Source: a virus. From it: 64,000 bases of DNA. Under the pieces are notes generated by a model. The model did not search any database and was not told where the DNA came from. It was given only the letters and a program-made list of their open reading frames with translations. Position numbers and translations under genes: made by a program. The stretch covers positions 1 through 64,000 of the IMG/VR virus record IMGVR_UViG_3300008120_000016. One strand, 5' to 3'. This document shows positions 35,377-44,672 of the stretch, in pieces (position 1 is the stretch's first letter; each line of letters opens with the position of its first letter).

Positions 35377-35502
35377 TTACTTTCCTTGTCCACGATATTT
35401 AGACACAGATTTATCTTTAGGTCCACGTGACTTAGCAGCTTTGCCACCTTTACGTTTACCAAATGTAACTTTTCTTGAATCGGTTATTTTACCTTTTGCC
35501 AT
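35377..35502 (-). CDS. Small basic K/G-rich protein (41 aa)
   Basis: Hand translation MAKGKITDSRKVTFGKRKGGKAAKSRGPKDKSVSKYRGQGK. Confidence 0.6.
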   Translation of the reverse strand: MAKGKITDSRKVTFGKRKGGKAAKSRGPKDKSVSKYRGQGK

Positions 35503-35511
35503 TTTCAATCA

Positions 35512-35736
35512 TTAAGGTCTGGTTGTAGTTGTGGTAGGTGCAGGAGGAGCTACTGTTGTAGTCGGAGTAACACCACCATCACCATCTTTATTACTTGTGG
35601 TAACACAGCATAAGTCTGCTGGAACCTCATACCAAACGGCAGGTCCATTAGGATATGATCCATTTGTTAGGATCAAGCTCCCAGGTACAATTTTACCCTC
35701 TTTAGTGTACCTTACAAATGCTCTTTTCTTTGCCAT
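35512..35736 (-). CDS. Small protein with Thr/Pro-rich tail
   Basis: AFVRYTKEGKIVPGSLIL...WYEVPADLCC...TTTTTRP. Confidence 0.6.
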   Translation of the reverse strand: MAKKRAFVRYTKEGKIVPGSLILTNGSYPNGPAVWYEVPADLCCVTTSNKDGDGGVTPTTTVAPPAPTTTTTRP

Positions 35737-35790
35737 AAAATAAATTTATAAGTTAATAATATATACAATTATAATTTAAGGAATTTTTTG

Positions 35791-36726
35791 TTAATAACCA
35801 ACTATATTTCTGATATAGACACTATCGTTTTGGTTTGAATAGCGACAATTACCAATCCACCATATTCCTGGTTTATAATAAGATAATCCCATTATAGGAG
35901 CATTTGGGCTAGAACCACCATCAAAATATTCTGTAACAAAAGTAGAACAGTCTGGAGTCCATTCAGATTGATGATAAAGTCCAAAAGCATGACCTGCTTC
36001 ATGTGAAGTTGCTTCCCAAATTAACTTCTGTTTATACTGCAATGCTTTACTAAACACAAAACTTGGTACTTCTTCTCCCCAAGTAAAAGATCCTATCCAA
36101 GCAACACCACCTGCACAAGGTGTAGGTCCACAATACCATTCATCACTTTGTGTAATTACAACTCTATGTCTTTTACCTGGAGAAACACTAAAATATACAG
36201 ACGAATCAGTTGTAACTGTAACAGGAAACTGAGAGTAATCTTTTGTTACCTCATTTAGTATGTTAGCTATTTCAATTTCACCTAATCCAGAAGAAGTAAC
36301 TGTAAATGGAGGGTTTTGTCGTGCAGTAGTCCAATAAAAGTCATTTACCAAATGACCATCAAAATCTAAGTAGATAACCCATACATTAGGTTCTTTAGGA
36401 GGATCTTCGGGTTTTGTTACATCGCAAGCATCTCCTACACCATTATTATCTATATCTTCTTGACCTGGATTGAATATAAAAGGACAATTGTCTCTATTAT
36501 TTCTTACACCGTCCCCGTCATCATCATTTGGTTGGAACTTCTCAATTCTACGAAAACCTATTTTAGGATTTCTTGCTGTAGTATTATAGTTACCATGTAA
36601 AAAGTCACAACTTATATGTTGTTCTTCTTTTTTTGCAACTTCTCTATGTTTAGTACATCCTACAGCAACAAGCAAAATGATTGTAAGAATTAATACAATC
36701 AATACAATCAAAACATGATTACGCAT
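35791..36726 (-). CDS. Lipoprotein metzincin-type zinc metallopeptidase with TSP3-like Ca-binding repeats
   Basis: Lipobox VAVGC; DDDGDGVRNNRDNC and DIDNNGVGDACD repeats; HEAGHAFGLYH zinc motif; APIMG Met-turn. Confidence 0.8.
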   Translation of the reverse strand: MRNHVLIVLIVLILTIILLVAVGCTKHREVAKKEEQHISCDFLHGNYNTTARNPKIGFRRIEKFQPNDDDGDGVRNNRDNCPFIFNPGQEDIDNNGVGDACDVTKPEDPPKEPNVWVIYLDFDGHLVNDFYWTTARQNPPFTVTSSGLGEIEIANILNEVTKDYSQFPVTVTTDSSVYFSVSPGKRHRVVITQSDEWYCGPTPCAGGVAWIGSFTWGEEVPSFVFSKALQYKQKLIWEATSHEAGHAFGLYHQSEWTPDCSTFVTEYFDGGSSPNAPIMGLSYYKPGIWWIGNCRYSNQNDSVYIRNIVGY

Positions 36727-36728
36727 AG

Positions 36729-37145
36729 TTAGATTTTAGAAAGTTGGAAATGCATCCCATCCTTTCTTTTCCATGTACCACCCCAGTCGAATCCAGCATC
36801 TGTAAAGCATTTTACAAATCCTGCAGAAAGTTTAGGAACTTGATTCAAACCGTTTTCAAAGGCATTTACATCTACAGCTATACCCCAGCTGTGAAGAGAC
36901 ATGGAACTAAGTCCACGTTTTTTACGGATATTAAAACAACCATCCCAGGTCTTAAGCTCAGATACGTGTCCTGTAGAAATAAGATTTTGAAAAGCTTGAG
37001 ATAGTGGTTGCACCAAATCTCTATTGCAATAAATCTTTCTAGGAATAAAGCCAATTTCAAGATTAGAAGGAACATCCCAAACAATCATTGCTTTTTGAAG
37101 AGTGGGATCACCATATTTTTTTAATGCTTGAGCTGAAGTTACCAT
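36729..37145 (-). CDS. Endolysin, peptidase M15 family
   Basis: SLHSWGIAVDVN and DGMHFQ motifs. Confidence 0.88.
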   Translation of the reverse strand: MVTSAQALKKYGDPTLQKAMIVWDVPSNLEIGFIPRKIYCNRDLVQPLSQAFQNLISTGHVSELKTWDGCFNIRKKRGLSSMSLHSWGIAVDVNAFENGLNQVPKLSAGFVKCFTDAGFDWGGTWKRKDGMHFQLSKI

Positions 37146-37175
37146 AATTTAATGATTTTTTTCCAGTATGAGTGA

Positions 37176-37790
37176 TTATTTAAGTTTTATTTTCCAGTAT
37201 AATTGTGCACCATATTGTACTTGACCATTACGATCAATACCTATTGTAGCACCATATATTTGATCTTTTTTACTTTTAAACAAAGCTCCAGCACTAATTT
37301 GACTAGGGGTGTTAACAGGATTACCTTGCAAAAGTCCACCAATATACAATTGATTTTTCTTTTTTTCAGGAATTGTAATAGTATTTGTAATAACTGGATA
37401 CTTTAAATTGTATTCAGTGTATCTTCCAAGTAGAAAATTTCTACTCACTGTATCTACAATATGTACATATCCAATTGAATCTATTTTAATTGAATCTGAA
37501 TGAATATTAGAAGCTAAGAATTTTTCAGCTAGATCAGTATATTGCTTTACAAGTTTGCTATAATTAGTATCAGGAAGATATTCAGTATTCCATTGTTCAA
37601 TTGGTACAGGAACTGTTTTAATAAGTTGAGGTTTAGAATAAACTGTACTGTCTTTATATACCCATACAGTGTCCCTGGTTATTACAGGTTTTACAACATC
37701 TGTATTTTTACCACAAGTTTGAAACAAAATAATGGAAAGTAATACTAATACTACTATGCTAACAAAATTAGTTTTAATAAATTGATTCAT
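37176..37790 (-). CDS. Putative spanin-like membrane/lipoprotein
   Basis: N-terminal hydrophobic stretch ending ILFQTC; beta-rich C-terminus; adjacent to the endolysin. Start reassigned to 37790. Confidence 0.5.
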   Translation of the reverse strand: MNQFIKTNFVSIVVLVLLSIILFQTCGKNTDVVKPVITRDTVWVYKDSTVYSKPQLIKTVPVPIEQWNTEYLPDTNYSKLVKQYTDLAEKFLASNIHSDSIKIDSIGYVHIVDTVSRNFLLGRYTEYNLKYPVITNTITIPEKKKNQLYIGGLLQGNPVNTPSQISAGALFKSKKDQIYGATIGIDRNGQVQYGAQLYWKIKLK

Positions 37791-37791
37791 A

Positions 37792-38034
37792 TTAATCAGA
37801 TTGAACTTCTCCTTCTTGAATATGTACAGGTTCTTCAGAAAAAAAGTTAGAAAGTACTTTTCCAACTACACCTATTATTAAAGAAGCAATAGCCAGTCCT
37901 TTATGATCTGTAATCATAGAAGACATTGAAGTGATAGAAAAAATACCTAGCAGAGCATCTCCTATTTTTCTAGCAAATTTAGGAGTGGGAGCCCAATAAG
38001 ATTTAACTTTAAATTTTGTAGTTTTTTTAGTCAT
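37792..38034 (-). CDS. Putative holin
   Basis: 80 aa, two TM segments, PTPKFARKIGD, next to the lysis genes. Confidence 0.55.
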   Translation of the reverse strand: MTKKTTKFKVKSYWAPTPKFARKIGDALLGIFSITSMSSMITDHKGLAIASLIIGVVGKVLSNFFSEEPVHIQEGEVQSD

Positions 38035-38347
38035 TTTGAGCTATATATTTTTTTGGATCATATATTTCCTCATGCTTAAAATACTTATCATGATAAAGTT
38101 CAGGTGTATATGTTACAGGTCTAGCTTTGTTATTTCCAAAAACAGATTGTTCTAAGAATCGAACATCTTTTTCAAGCTGCTCTATTTTTGTTTTATCAAT
38201 GTTTGATTGTGCCAATAAAGCTTTTATATCACTTCTCATCTCTGTCACATCTCTCCAAATCATCATTGATAGAATAGACACAAGGGTAGGAAACAGATAT
38301 AATTTTATGCCATTGACAATTGAATTCTTGGATGAATTTGTAGTCAT
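38027..38347 (-). CDS. Single-TM coiled-coil protein (lysis cassette)
   Basis: One TM segment followed by a coiled coil. Confidence 0.55.
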   Translation of the reverse strand: MTTNSSKNSIVNGIKLYLFPTLVSILSMMIWRDVTEMRSDIKALLAQSNIDKTKIEQLEKDVRFLEQSVFGNNKARPVTYTPELYHDKYFKHEEIYDPKKYIAQND

Positions 38348-38402
38348 TTCACAAAAAAATATAAATAAATAAAAAAAGTTTAACGGTATTTACAAATTTC
38401 TA

Positions 38403-38410
38403 TAAATTTG
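38403..38410 (+). promoter_or_regulatory. Bacteroidota -7 box (TAAATTTG) for the replication operon
   Basis: TAnnTTTG match 76 nt upstream of 38486. Confidence 0.5.
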
Positions 38411-38419
38411 CTCCCCCCG

Positions 38420-38435
38420 TACAATAATAATATAC
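38420..38435 (-). promoter_or_regulatory. Candidate late-promoter motif GTATATTATTATTGTA
   Basis: Near-identical to 1508-1523. Confidence 0.45.
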
Positions 38436-38485
38436 GAACTTTTTAAGTAAAAATCTAAAATAATTATTTAAGAATACACTTAGTC

Positions 38486-38962
38486 ATGAAGAAAAATTCA
38501 ATTGAATTATTAAAGGCAGAAAAAGAAATAATTAATGACTTTTTATCAAAGTTTTACAATAATATAGGATATTACCCCACTGTATTAACTAAATACGGTC
38601 ATGTGACGGGAGATGGAAGTCCTAAAATATTAAAACTTAGCGAGTTAGAAGAGTTATTTGAACCTTTTCTTCCGGTGGTTTATGAAAGAAAATATAGAAT
38701 AACAGCAAAATTTAGACTACGAGAACTTGTTGATTTAAGATTTATATTTTATTTCATAGCTAATAAAATGCTAGGGTATAAACTTACAGAAATAGGAAGA
38801 TATCTTAAACAAGATCATACAACAGTAATTCATGGTATAAAAGAATATAATAAGTTGTATGAAACAAGTCCACTTTTTAGAGAGAAAACCCTCCAATTAA
38901 TTAACCTTGTAAAAAATAAACAAAATGAGCCACAAGCATTGGAAGAGTTTGATAAAACATAA
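38486..38962 (+). CDS. DnaA domain IV-like HTH protein
   Basis: LTEIGRYLKQDHTTVIHGI matches the DnaA C-terminal signature. Confidence 0.75.
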   Translation: MKKNSIELLKAEKEIINDFLSKFYNNIGYYPTVLTKYGHVTGDGSPKILKLSELEELFEPFLPVVYERKYRITAKFRLRELVDLRFIFYFIANKMLGYKLTEIGRYLKQDHTTVIHGIKEYNKLYETSPLFREKTLQLINLVKNKQNEPQALEEFDKT

Positions 38963-39491
38963 CATTACACCTAACCAACTGTTTTTATTAGATTGTTACA
39001 AAAGTAAAATAAAACCTGTTTTAATTAATGAAGATGCAGAATTATTTGCTTGTGTAAGCAAAGAATTAATTGACGAAAAAGGTGAATTAACTCCAAAAGC
39101 TTTAAAAGTTTTAAACGACTATGAAACATTAATAGGTAAAAAAGAAAAAGAAGTTGCTGAAAATGTTTTAGGAAATGAGTTTGAAGCTAAAATTATGGAG
39201 TACAGAGACAGATTTCCTGCTAAAAGACTTCCGTCTGGTTTAGCAGCAAGGCAAAATGTCAAAGATTTAAAAGAAAGATTTATTTGGTTCTTTAAAACTT
39301 ATCCTCAATATGACTGGGATCTTGTTTTAGATGCTACAGATCTGTACAATGAAGAGTTTGAGAAAAAGAATTATCTGTTTATGAGAACCAGTATGTATTT
39401 TATTAAAAAAAATAATGGTAAAGAAGAGTGTTCACAATTAGCAGATTATTGTCAAATGATTATTGATAACCCTAAATTATTAGAAAGATGA
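38925..39491 (+). CDS. Conserved protein upstream of DnaB (possible initiator/loader)
   Basis: YRDRFPAKRLPSG..AR...RTSMYFIKK; position suggests a role in replication initiation. Confidence 0.45.
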   Translation: MSHKHWKSLIKHNITPNQLFLLDCYKSKIKPVLINEDAELFACVSKELIDEKGELTPKALKVLNDYETLIGKKEKEVAENVLGNEFEAKIMEYRDRFPAKRLPSGLAARQNVKDLKERFIWFFKTYPQYDWDLVLDATDLYNEEFEKKNYLFMRTSMYFIKKNNGKEECSQLADYCQMIIDNPKLLER

Positions 39492-39679
39492 CATTAAGTA
39501 AACGATTATTTTTATCACTCATTTTATCATGTATTATCAGTGTATTGTCTTATTTATTTATCAATTTTTTCATTGTAAAAATTAGCATTTTAAAGTTTAT
39601 TTTTATTGAATTTATTTTGCTTGGTTCAAAAAAATTGTTTAAATTTACAGACTCTAAACTAGATAAACCAATACGATGA
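39488..39679 (+). CDS. Small two-TM protein
   Basis: Hydrophobic 63 aa ORF overlapping both neighbours. Confidence 0.5.
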   Translation: MTLSKRLFLSLILSCIISVLSYLFINFFIVKISILKFIFIEFILLGSKKLFKFTDSKLDKPIR

Positions 39680-40731
39680 GTATTTTAAGCATGGGTATTA
39701 ATCATAGACCCTTTGGTATTAAAACTTATGTGGAAATACTAGAAGAAGGTCTTCAATACATTGAAGATAGACGTTCTGGAAAAATAAAATCATTTATGTT
39801 ACCTTGGTCTGGATTAAACAGAGCAGGTGTAGCTGGATTAGAGTGGGGATCTATGATGACAATAGGAGCTCGTCCTGGTTCTGGTAAAACAATGTTTGTG
39901 TCTCAAATACTAAGAGAATGCAAACTTCTTAATCCAACACAAGATTTTAATATTTTAGAATTTCAATTTGAGATGGGTGCAAAACAAACTGCATCCAGAG
40001 ATTTTGCATCACAAGTAGGACTAGATTATAATCAAGTATTAAGTACTTACAAGCAAGTTGATGATTTTGCTTTAAAACAAATGAAGCAATATCTTGATGA
40101 TACTAAAGCTTTTCAAAAATTTGGTAATCATAGAGTTCAAATTAACAATCCCCTTACCGTAAAGGATATGGAAAAAGCAATTTACACTTGCTATGAAGGT
40201 CTGGGTAAAAAACCATTGATTGTTAGTATTGATCACAGTTGGTTAATTAAAAAAGATATAAACGAAAAGGAAAAAATAGCTACTTTATACAACACTGTTG
40301 AAATGTTGATGAAAGTAAAAAATAATGTTCCTATTATAGTTTTTATGATTTCTCAACTTAATAGAAGTATTGATGAAGCAATTAGAAAAATCCCCGGCAA
40401 TATTGCTAATTATCCTACAAGCAGTGATATATTTGGTGGTGATGCTTTAATGCAAGGCAGTGATATGGTATTAGTATTAACAAGACCTTTTAAAGCTGAT
40501 ATTGAGATATATGGTCGTAAAGAATATCATTGTAAAACTGATGATATATTTGGTCATATTCTTAAATCAAGAAATAGTGCTGATGATACTAACTTAATAT
40601 TTTTAAAAGCTGAGTTTGCAAAACAAAGAATGATTGAAGTTGCCGAACCTGTTGCATCAAACCCTACCGGAAATGCACCACAACGTAGAACAACAAATAG
40701 ATTTAATTCATCAACACAACCAACACCTTAA
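39676..40731 (+). CDS. dnaB: DnaB-like replicative helicase
   Basis: GARPGSGKT, VSIDH, MISQLNR and DIFGGDALMQGSD motifs. Confidence 0.9.
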   Translation: MSILSMGINHRPFGIKTYVEILEEGLQYIEDRRSGKIKSFMLPWSGLNRAGVAGLEWGSMMTIGARPGSGKTMFVSQILRECKLLNPTQDFNILEFQFEMGAKQTASRDFASQVGLDYNQVLSTYKQVDDFALKQMKQYLDDTKAFQKFGNHRVQINNPLTVKDMEKAIYTCYEGLGKKPLIVSIDHSWLIKKDINEKEKIATLYNTVEMLMKVKNNVPIIVFMISQLNRSIDEAIRKIPGNIANYPTSSDIFGGDALMQGSDMVLVLTRPFKADIEIYGRKEYHCKTDDIFGHILKSRNSADDTNLIFLKAEFAKQRMIEVAEPVASNPTGNAPQRRTTNRFNSSTQPTP

Positions 40732-40742
40732 AAATAATATTT

Positions 40743-41303
40743 ATGGCTATAATGCATACAATGGCTGAAGATGAAAAAGCCAATTATAAAGCACAGAAAT
40801 TAAAAGAAGTAAGAGATTATCATTCCGAATTAATTAAAAATTTGGGAATCGGTTACACTGATTTTAATATGAAAACTCAATTTAGAGATCAGTATGGAAG
40901 AATAGTAGTTGGTATTTTTCCTTCAGAATTTAAAAAAATCAAAGGATTTTATTTTGAATTAGTTGATTTTGATCTTATTCCTTCAACATCTGATCGTAGT
41001 GTTTATAGAGTTCCTCCTTCAAGTTCATTTGATGATGAATATGAGTTAAGCTCAAAAGGACAATATCTCGTTCCACTTGAAGAATTAAAAGTAATTAGTT
41101 CAAAGCCTGTTGTTAATAATACAACAACCGCAGAAGATAAAAGCATATTTAAAATTACTCAAAAAGCACAAGAGTCAAATAGTCCAATAAAAGAAGATGC
41201 ACCCTATAGTGATATGACTATTAGAGATTATGTAGCAATACATAAAGGACAACCTGTGAGTAATAAAGAATGGCTTAATCAATTAATTAAACAATTACCT
41301 TAA
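40743..41303 (+). CDS. Conserved hypothetical protein
   Basis: 186 aa; C-terminal DMTIRDYVAIHKGQPVSNKEWLN. Confidence 0.6.
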   Translation: MAIMHTMAEDEKANYKAQKLKEVRDYHSELIKNLGIGYTDFNMKTQFRDQYGRIVVGIFPSEFKKIKGFYFELVDFDLIPSTSDRSVYRVPPSSSFDDEYELSSKGQYLVPLEELKVISSKPVVNNTTTAEDKSIFKITQKAQESNSPIKEDAPYSDMTIRDYVAIHKGQPVSNKEWLNQLIKQLP

Positions 41304-41305
41304 AT

Positions 41306-41989
41306 ATGGCACAAGGAATCCTAATCATTGCAGAGTCCGGTACTGGTAAATCAACCAGTATTGAGACGTTAAACCCTCAAGAAACATTTATTATAAATGT
41401 TGCAAACAAACCACTTCCATTCAAAGGATGGAGAAAAAAGTATGTTACATGGAGTAAAGAAAACCCTGGGGGTAATCTTTATGACAAGGCTGGTCCAGAA
41501 AACATTGAAGCATGTTTACGTTACATTAATGAAAAACGACCTGAAATTAAAAACATTGTTGTAGATGATTTTCAGTACATGAGCTCATTTGAATTTTTCG
41601 ATAAGGCAAATGAGAAAGGTTATGAAAAATTTACCCAAATCGGTGCTCATCTAGCTCGTATTGCACGTATGCCAAAAGATATGAGAGAAGATTTGCTTAT
41701 ATTTTTCTTAACACATGCTGAGGAAGCTACTGATTTAGAAGGTAAACGTAAGTATAAGGCAAAAACTATTGGTAAAATGGTTGATGAAAAACTTACATTG
41801 GAAGGATTATTTTCTATAGTTTTGTTTGGCAAAGCTAAGAAAAACAAAGATGGACAAATTCGTTATGTATTTGAAACTCAAACTACGGGTGATAATACAT
41901 GCAAAAGTCCAAAAGGTATGTTTGATAATTTCGAAATACCAAATGATTTGGCTTTTATTGTAAACTCTATAAAAGACTATGAGAATTAA
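41306..41989 (+). CDS. AAA_24 / Sak4-like ATPase (recombinase)
   Basis: AESGTGKST, IVVDDFQY, FFLTH and TLEGLFSIVLF motifs. Confidence 0.82.
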   Translation: MAQGILIIAESGTGKSTSIETLNPQETFIINVANKPLPFKGWRKKYVTWSKENPGGNLYDKAGPENIEACLRYINEKRPEIKNIVVDDFQYMSSFEFFDKANEKGYEKFTQIGAHLARIARMPKDMREDLLIFFLTHAEEATDLEGKRKYKAKTIGKMVDEKLTLEGLFSIVLFGKAKKNKDGQIRYVFETQTTGDNTCKSPKGMFDNFEIPNDLAFIVNSIKDYEN

Positions 41990-42024
41990 AAACTCTATTA
42001 TTTAACAAAAAAAAAAACAAAAAC

Positions 42025-42642
42025 ATGTTTAAAACAGAAGGACAAGACATCAAAGGTGGTGGTCTTGAAAAATCTCTACAACCTGGTGTGGTTAAAGCAC
42101 ACATCTATAGTGCAACAGTTAAAACTGCAAGCACTGGTAAAAAAGCTTTAGAATTTGTTTTAGAAGGACCTGCTATTGAAAATTTTGAAGGTTGGGCTAT
42201 TGACAAAAATGATCAAGAAGGACCTAAATTTAAAGGTGCTTCTTCTAGAGTTAGTGCAACTATTTATTCAAACGACTTCAATAGTGATGATGTTAATAAG
42301 AATGAAATTCTTAGCAAAATCATTGTAATTTCTAATGAGCTTGGTTTAAGAAAAGAAATTGATGAATTAGCAAGTGATAAATCTATTACATCAATTGAAC
42401 AATGGGTTGAAAAAGCTGTTAGTATTCTCAAGGATCAAGATCTTTATTGGTTTTTAGCAGGTAAAGAAGATATTTATAATGATAAACTCATTGTAAAGCT
42501 TTCATTACCAAAATACAAATTTTGTTCAGCTGATGAAGCAAAATTGAATAAATTTGATAAAACTAATAAGTATCACTTTAGTCCTTATGCGACTAAACCT
42601 GTATCAAGTTTTGAACCAGCTAATGACGATTTTAGTATGTAA
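42025..42642 (+). CDS. Putative single-stranded DNA-binding protein
   Basis: Lies between the Sak4-like ATPase and primase; acidic tip NDDFSM. Confidence 0.5.
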   Translation: MFKTEGQDIKGGGLEKSLQPGVVKAHIYSATVKTASTGKKALEFVLEGPAIENFEGWAIDKNDQEGPKFKGASSRVSATIYSNDFNSDDVNKNEILSKIIVISNELGLRKEIDELASDKSITSIEQWVEKAVSILKDQDLYWFLAGKEDIYNDKLIVKLSLPKYKFCSADEAKLNKFDKTNKYHFSPYATKPVSSFEPANDDFSM

Positions 42643-42681
42643 TTCCTCTCGGTTTGTCATAGTTTTAGAGTTTAGAAATGC

Positions 42682-42716
42682 AAGAGGCTTGTTTCTACAA
42701 GCCTCTTAATTTTTTT
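42682..42716 (+). terminator. Rho-independent terminator
   Basis: AAGAGGCTTGT/ACAAGCCTCTT stem followed by Ts. Confidence 0.7.
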
Positions 42717-42728
42717 AATATTTTAGAT

Positions 42729-43712
42729 ATGTTTAAAACAAAAAACCTCGTAAATGATGTTAATGACGTTCCTGTTACATGGATATTTGAACATTTTTGT
42801 AATCTAAAAGAAAAACTTAAAGGTCAAGATGTTAAAATAAAATCTTTATTTAATGAAGAGAAAACACCTAGTATGTGTATTTATACTGATGAGTATAATA
42901 CCTATAGGTATAAAGATTTTTCATCCGGTAAATCAGGTAGTGCTATTAATTTAGTAAAGGATTTACATTCTTACACATATCATCAAGCTTGTAATAAAAT
43001 AGTTGAAATATATAATGATTATATTTTACATAAAGGAAAATATGATGTTGAATTATTTGAACAAGCTTCAAAGTATAAAGTAACTAAATTTACAGTTAGA
43101 CAATGGACTACACAAGATGAATACTATTGGACACAATATAACATTGGTTCAAGATTATTACACGAGCACAATGTCCGGCCTCTTTCTGTTTATTGTATGC
43201 AAAAAGATGATACAGAATTATGTATTAAAGGTTTGTATATATATGGTTATTTAAAAGAAGATGGTACACTTTATAAAATTTATCAGCCTAAAACACTTGA
43301 TAAAAAATTTATTAAAGTTAAATCCTACATACAAGGATTAGAACAATGTAAACCACCTTATAAGAATTTACTAATAACTTCAAGTTTAAAAGATTTGATG
43401 TCTATAAAATCTTTAAAACTTTCAAACATTAATGTTGTTGCCGCAGATTCAGAAAATAGTATGATCGAATCTGCTTATATAGAATCTTGGCAAAATCAAT
43501 ATGAAAACATATTAATTATGTTTGATAATGATGATGCAGGTATTCAGGCAATGGTTAAATACAAAGAAAAATATCCATTTATTAAAGTAGCTTTACTACC
43601 TTTAAGTAAAGATATTTCTGATAGTATAAAAGACCATGGAGTCAAAAAAGTTAAAGAGTATCTTGTGCCAATATTAAACAAGAAAATAAATGAAAAGGAA
43701 GAAAATAGTTAA
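42729..43712 (+). CDS. DNA primase (Toprim)
   Basis: EEKTPSMCIY...YKDFSSG, ITSSLKD and MFDNDDAG motifs; start reassigned to 42729. Confidence 0.85.
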   Translation: MFKTKNLVNDVNDVPVTWIFEHFCNLKEKLKGQDVKIKSLFNEEKTPSMCIYTDEYNTYRYKDFSSGKSGSAINLVKDLHSYTYHQACNKIVEIYNDYILHKGKYDVELFEQASKYKVTKFTVRQWTTQDEYYWTQYNIGSRLLHEHNVRPLSVYCMQKDDTELCIKGLYIYGYLKEDGTLYKIYQPKTLDKKFIKVKSYIQGLEQCKPPYKNLLITSSLKDLMSIKSLKLSNINVVAADSENSMIESAYIESWQNQYENILIMFDNDDAGIQAMVKYKEKYPFIKVALLPLSKDISDSIKDHGVKKVKEYLVPILNKKINEKEENS

Positions 43713-44094
43713 TAAACCTAAAAAAGCTACAACACCAAAACCTAGAAATGCAGGCACTATGACAGAGTCAGCTTTTTGGGGGTTTATTAGAAGTGCTTTG
43801 AGACAAAAGTCTAGATGGTGGAAACCCATTACACAATGTAAACAAAAATCTAGAAGACCTTATAGAGGTCCTAACAAAAGACAAAAGTTTGAATATCAGT
43901 GTAATAGTTGTAAAAATTGGTTTCCAGAAAAAAACATCAATGTAGATCATATTGTACCTGCCGGTACACTCAAATGTGCTAACGATCTTCCAGGGTTTGT
44001 AGAAAGGCTATTTTGTGAAGCTGGAGCTTTACAAGTGCTTTGCACAACTTGTCATGATTTAAAAACTAAAAATGAAAAAAATGGCTATCATTGA
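43690..44094 (+). CDS. HNH-type endonuclease
   Basis: CNSC...NVDHIVPAG...LQVLCTTCH. Confidence 0.78.
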   Translation: MKRKKIVNKPKKATTPKPRNAGTMTESAFWGFIRSALRQKSRWWKPITQCKQKSRRPYRGPNKRQKFEYQCNSCKNWFPEKNINVDHIVPAGTLKCANDLPGFVERLFCEAGALQVLCTTCHDLKTKNEKNGYH

Positions 44095-44275
44095 AGAAGA
44101 TAAAATTCAATTATATCAAGAATTAATTGATGAAGTAGTAGCTGAAATACATCTTGGTTTACAAGAAAGAGATACAGAAGCTATTGAAGAACTTCTTAGA
44201 TTTTGTCCTACAGAAAATCTGATAGGATATTTACCAGAAAGATATCATAAAAACTTCAAACCTTTATTAAAATGA
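44072..44275 (+). CDS. Hypothetical protein
   Basis: DTEAIEELLRFCP...LIGYLPE. Confidence 0.6.
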   Translation: MKKMAIIEEDKIQLYQELIDEVVAEIHLGLQERDTEAIEELLRFCPTENLIGYLPERYHKNFKPLLK

Positions 44276-44484
44276 ATTCTGAAAAAATAAAAAAACACAA
44301 AGATTTATTAAGTCAAGTTATTGATATTAATAATACTCTTATTGAAATACAGGAAGAAAAATTTAAAATTCTTACTGATTTTTTAGAATATGAAGAAGCT
44401 TTAACAACCGACAAAGCTACAGCAGCAAGAATTAAATCACTTTTAATAAGTATAGGTGTATGGCAGACTTCCACAACACAATAA
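44272..44484 (+). CDS. Hypothetical protein
   Basis: 70 aa ORF. Confidence 0.5.
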   Translation: MNSEKIKKHKDLLSQVIDINNTLIEIQEEKFKILTDFLEYEEALTTDKATAARIKSLLISIGVWQTSTTQ

Positions 44485-44672
44485 TGGGTAAAAAATTCTA
44501 TCAAGCTGATGTTCCTGAGTTTATACATCAATTAAAAAGAATTGCAGATGCACTAGAAAAAGAAAAAAAAGAAGAAGAATTAGGAGATAAGTATAGTGCA
44601 ATAAAATCATTTGTTAAACTACACCCTGATGATAAAGAATTAGGGAAAAAAATTAGAGAAATATGGAGCTAG
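44460..44672 (+). CDS. Hypothetical protein
   Basis: FHNTIMGKKFY..DVPE..HQLKRIADALE. Confidence 0.6.
   Translation: MADFHNTIMGKKFYQADVPEFIHQLKRIADALEKEKKEEELGDKYSAIKSFVKLHPDDKELGKKIREIWS

Noticed and set aside
42007-42017. Poly-A run upstream of the SSB-like gene
   Set aside because: Intergenic A-rich translation-initiation region typical of Bacteroidota genes; no evidence of phase variation.
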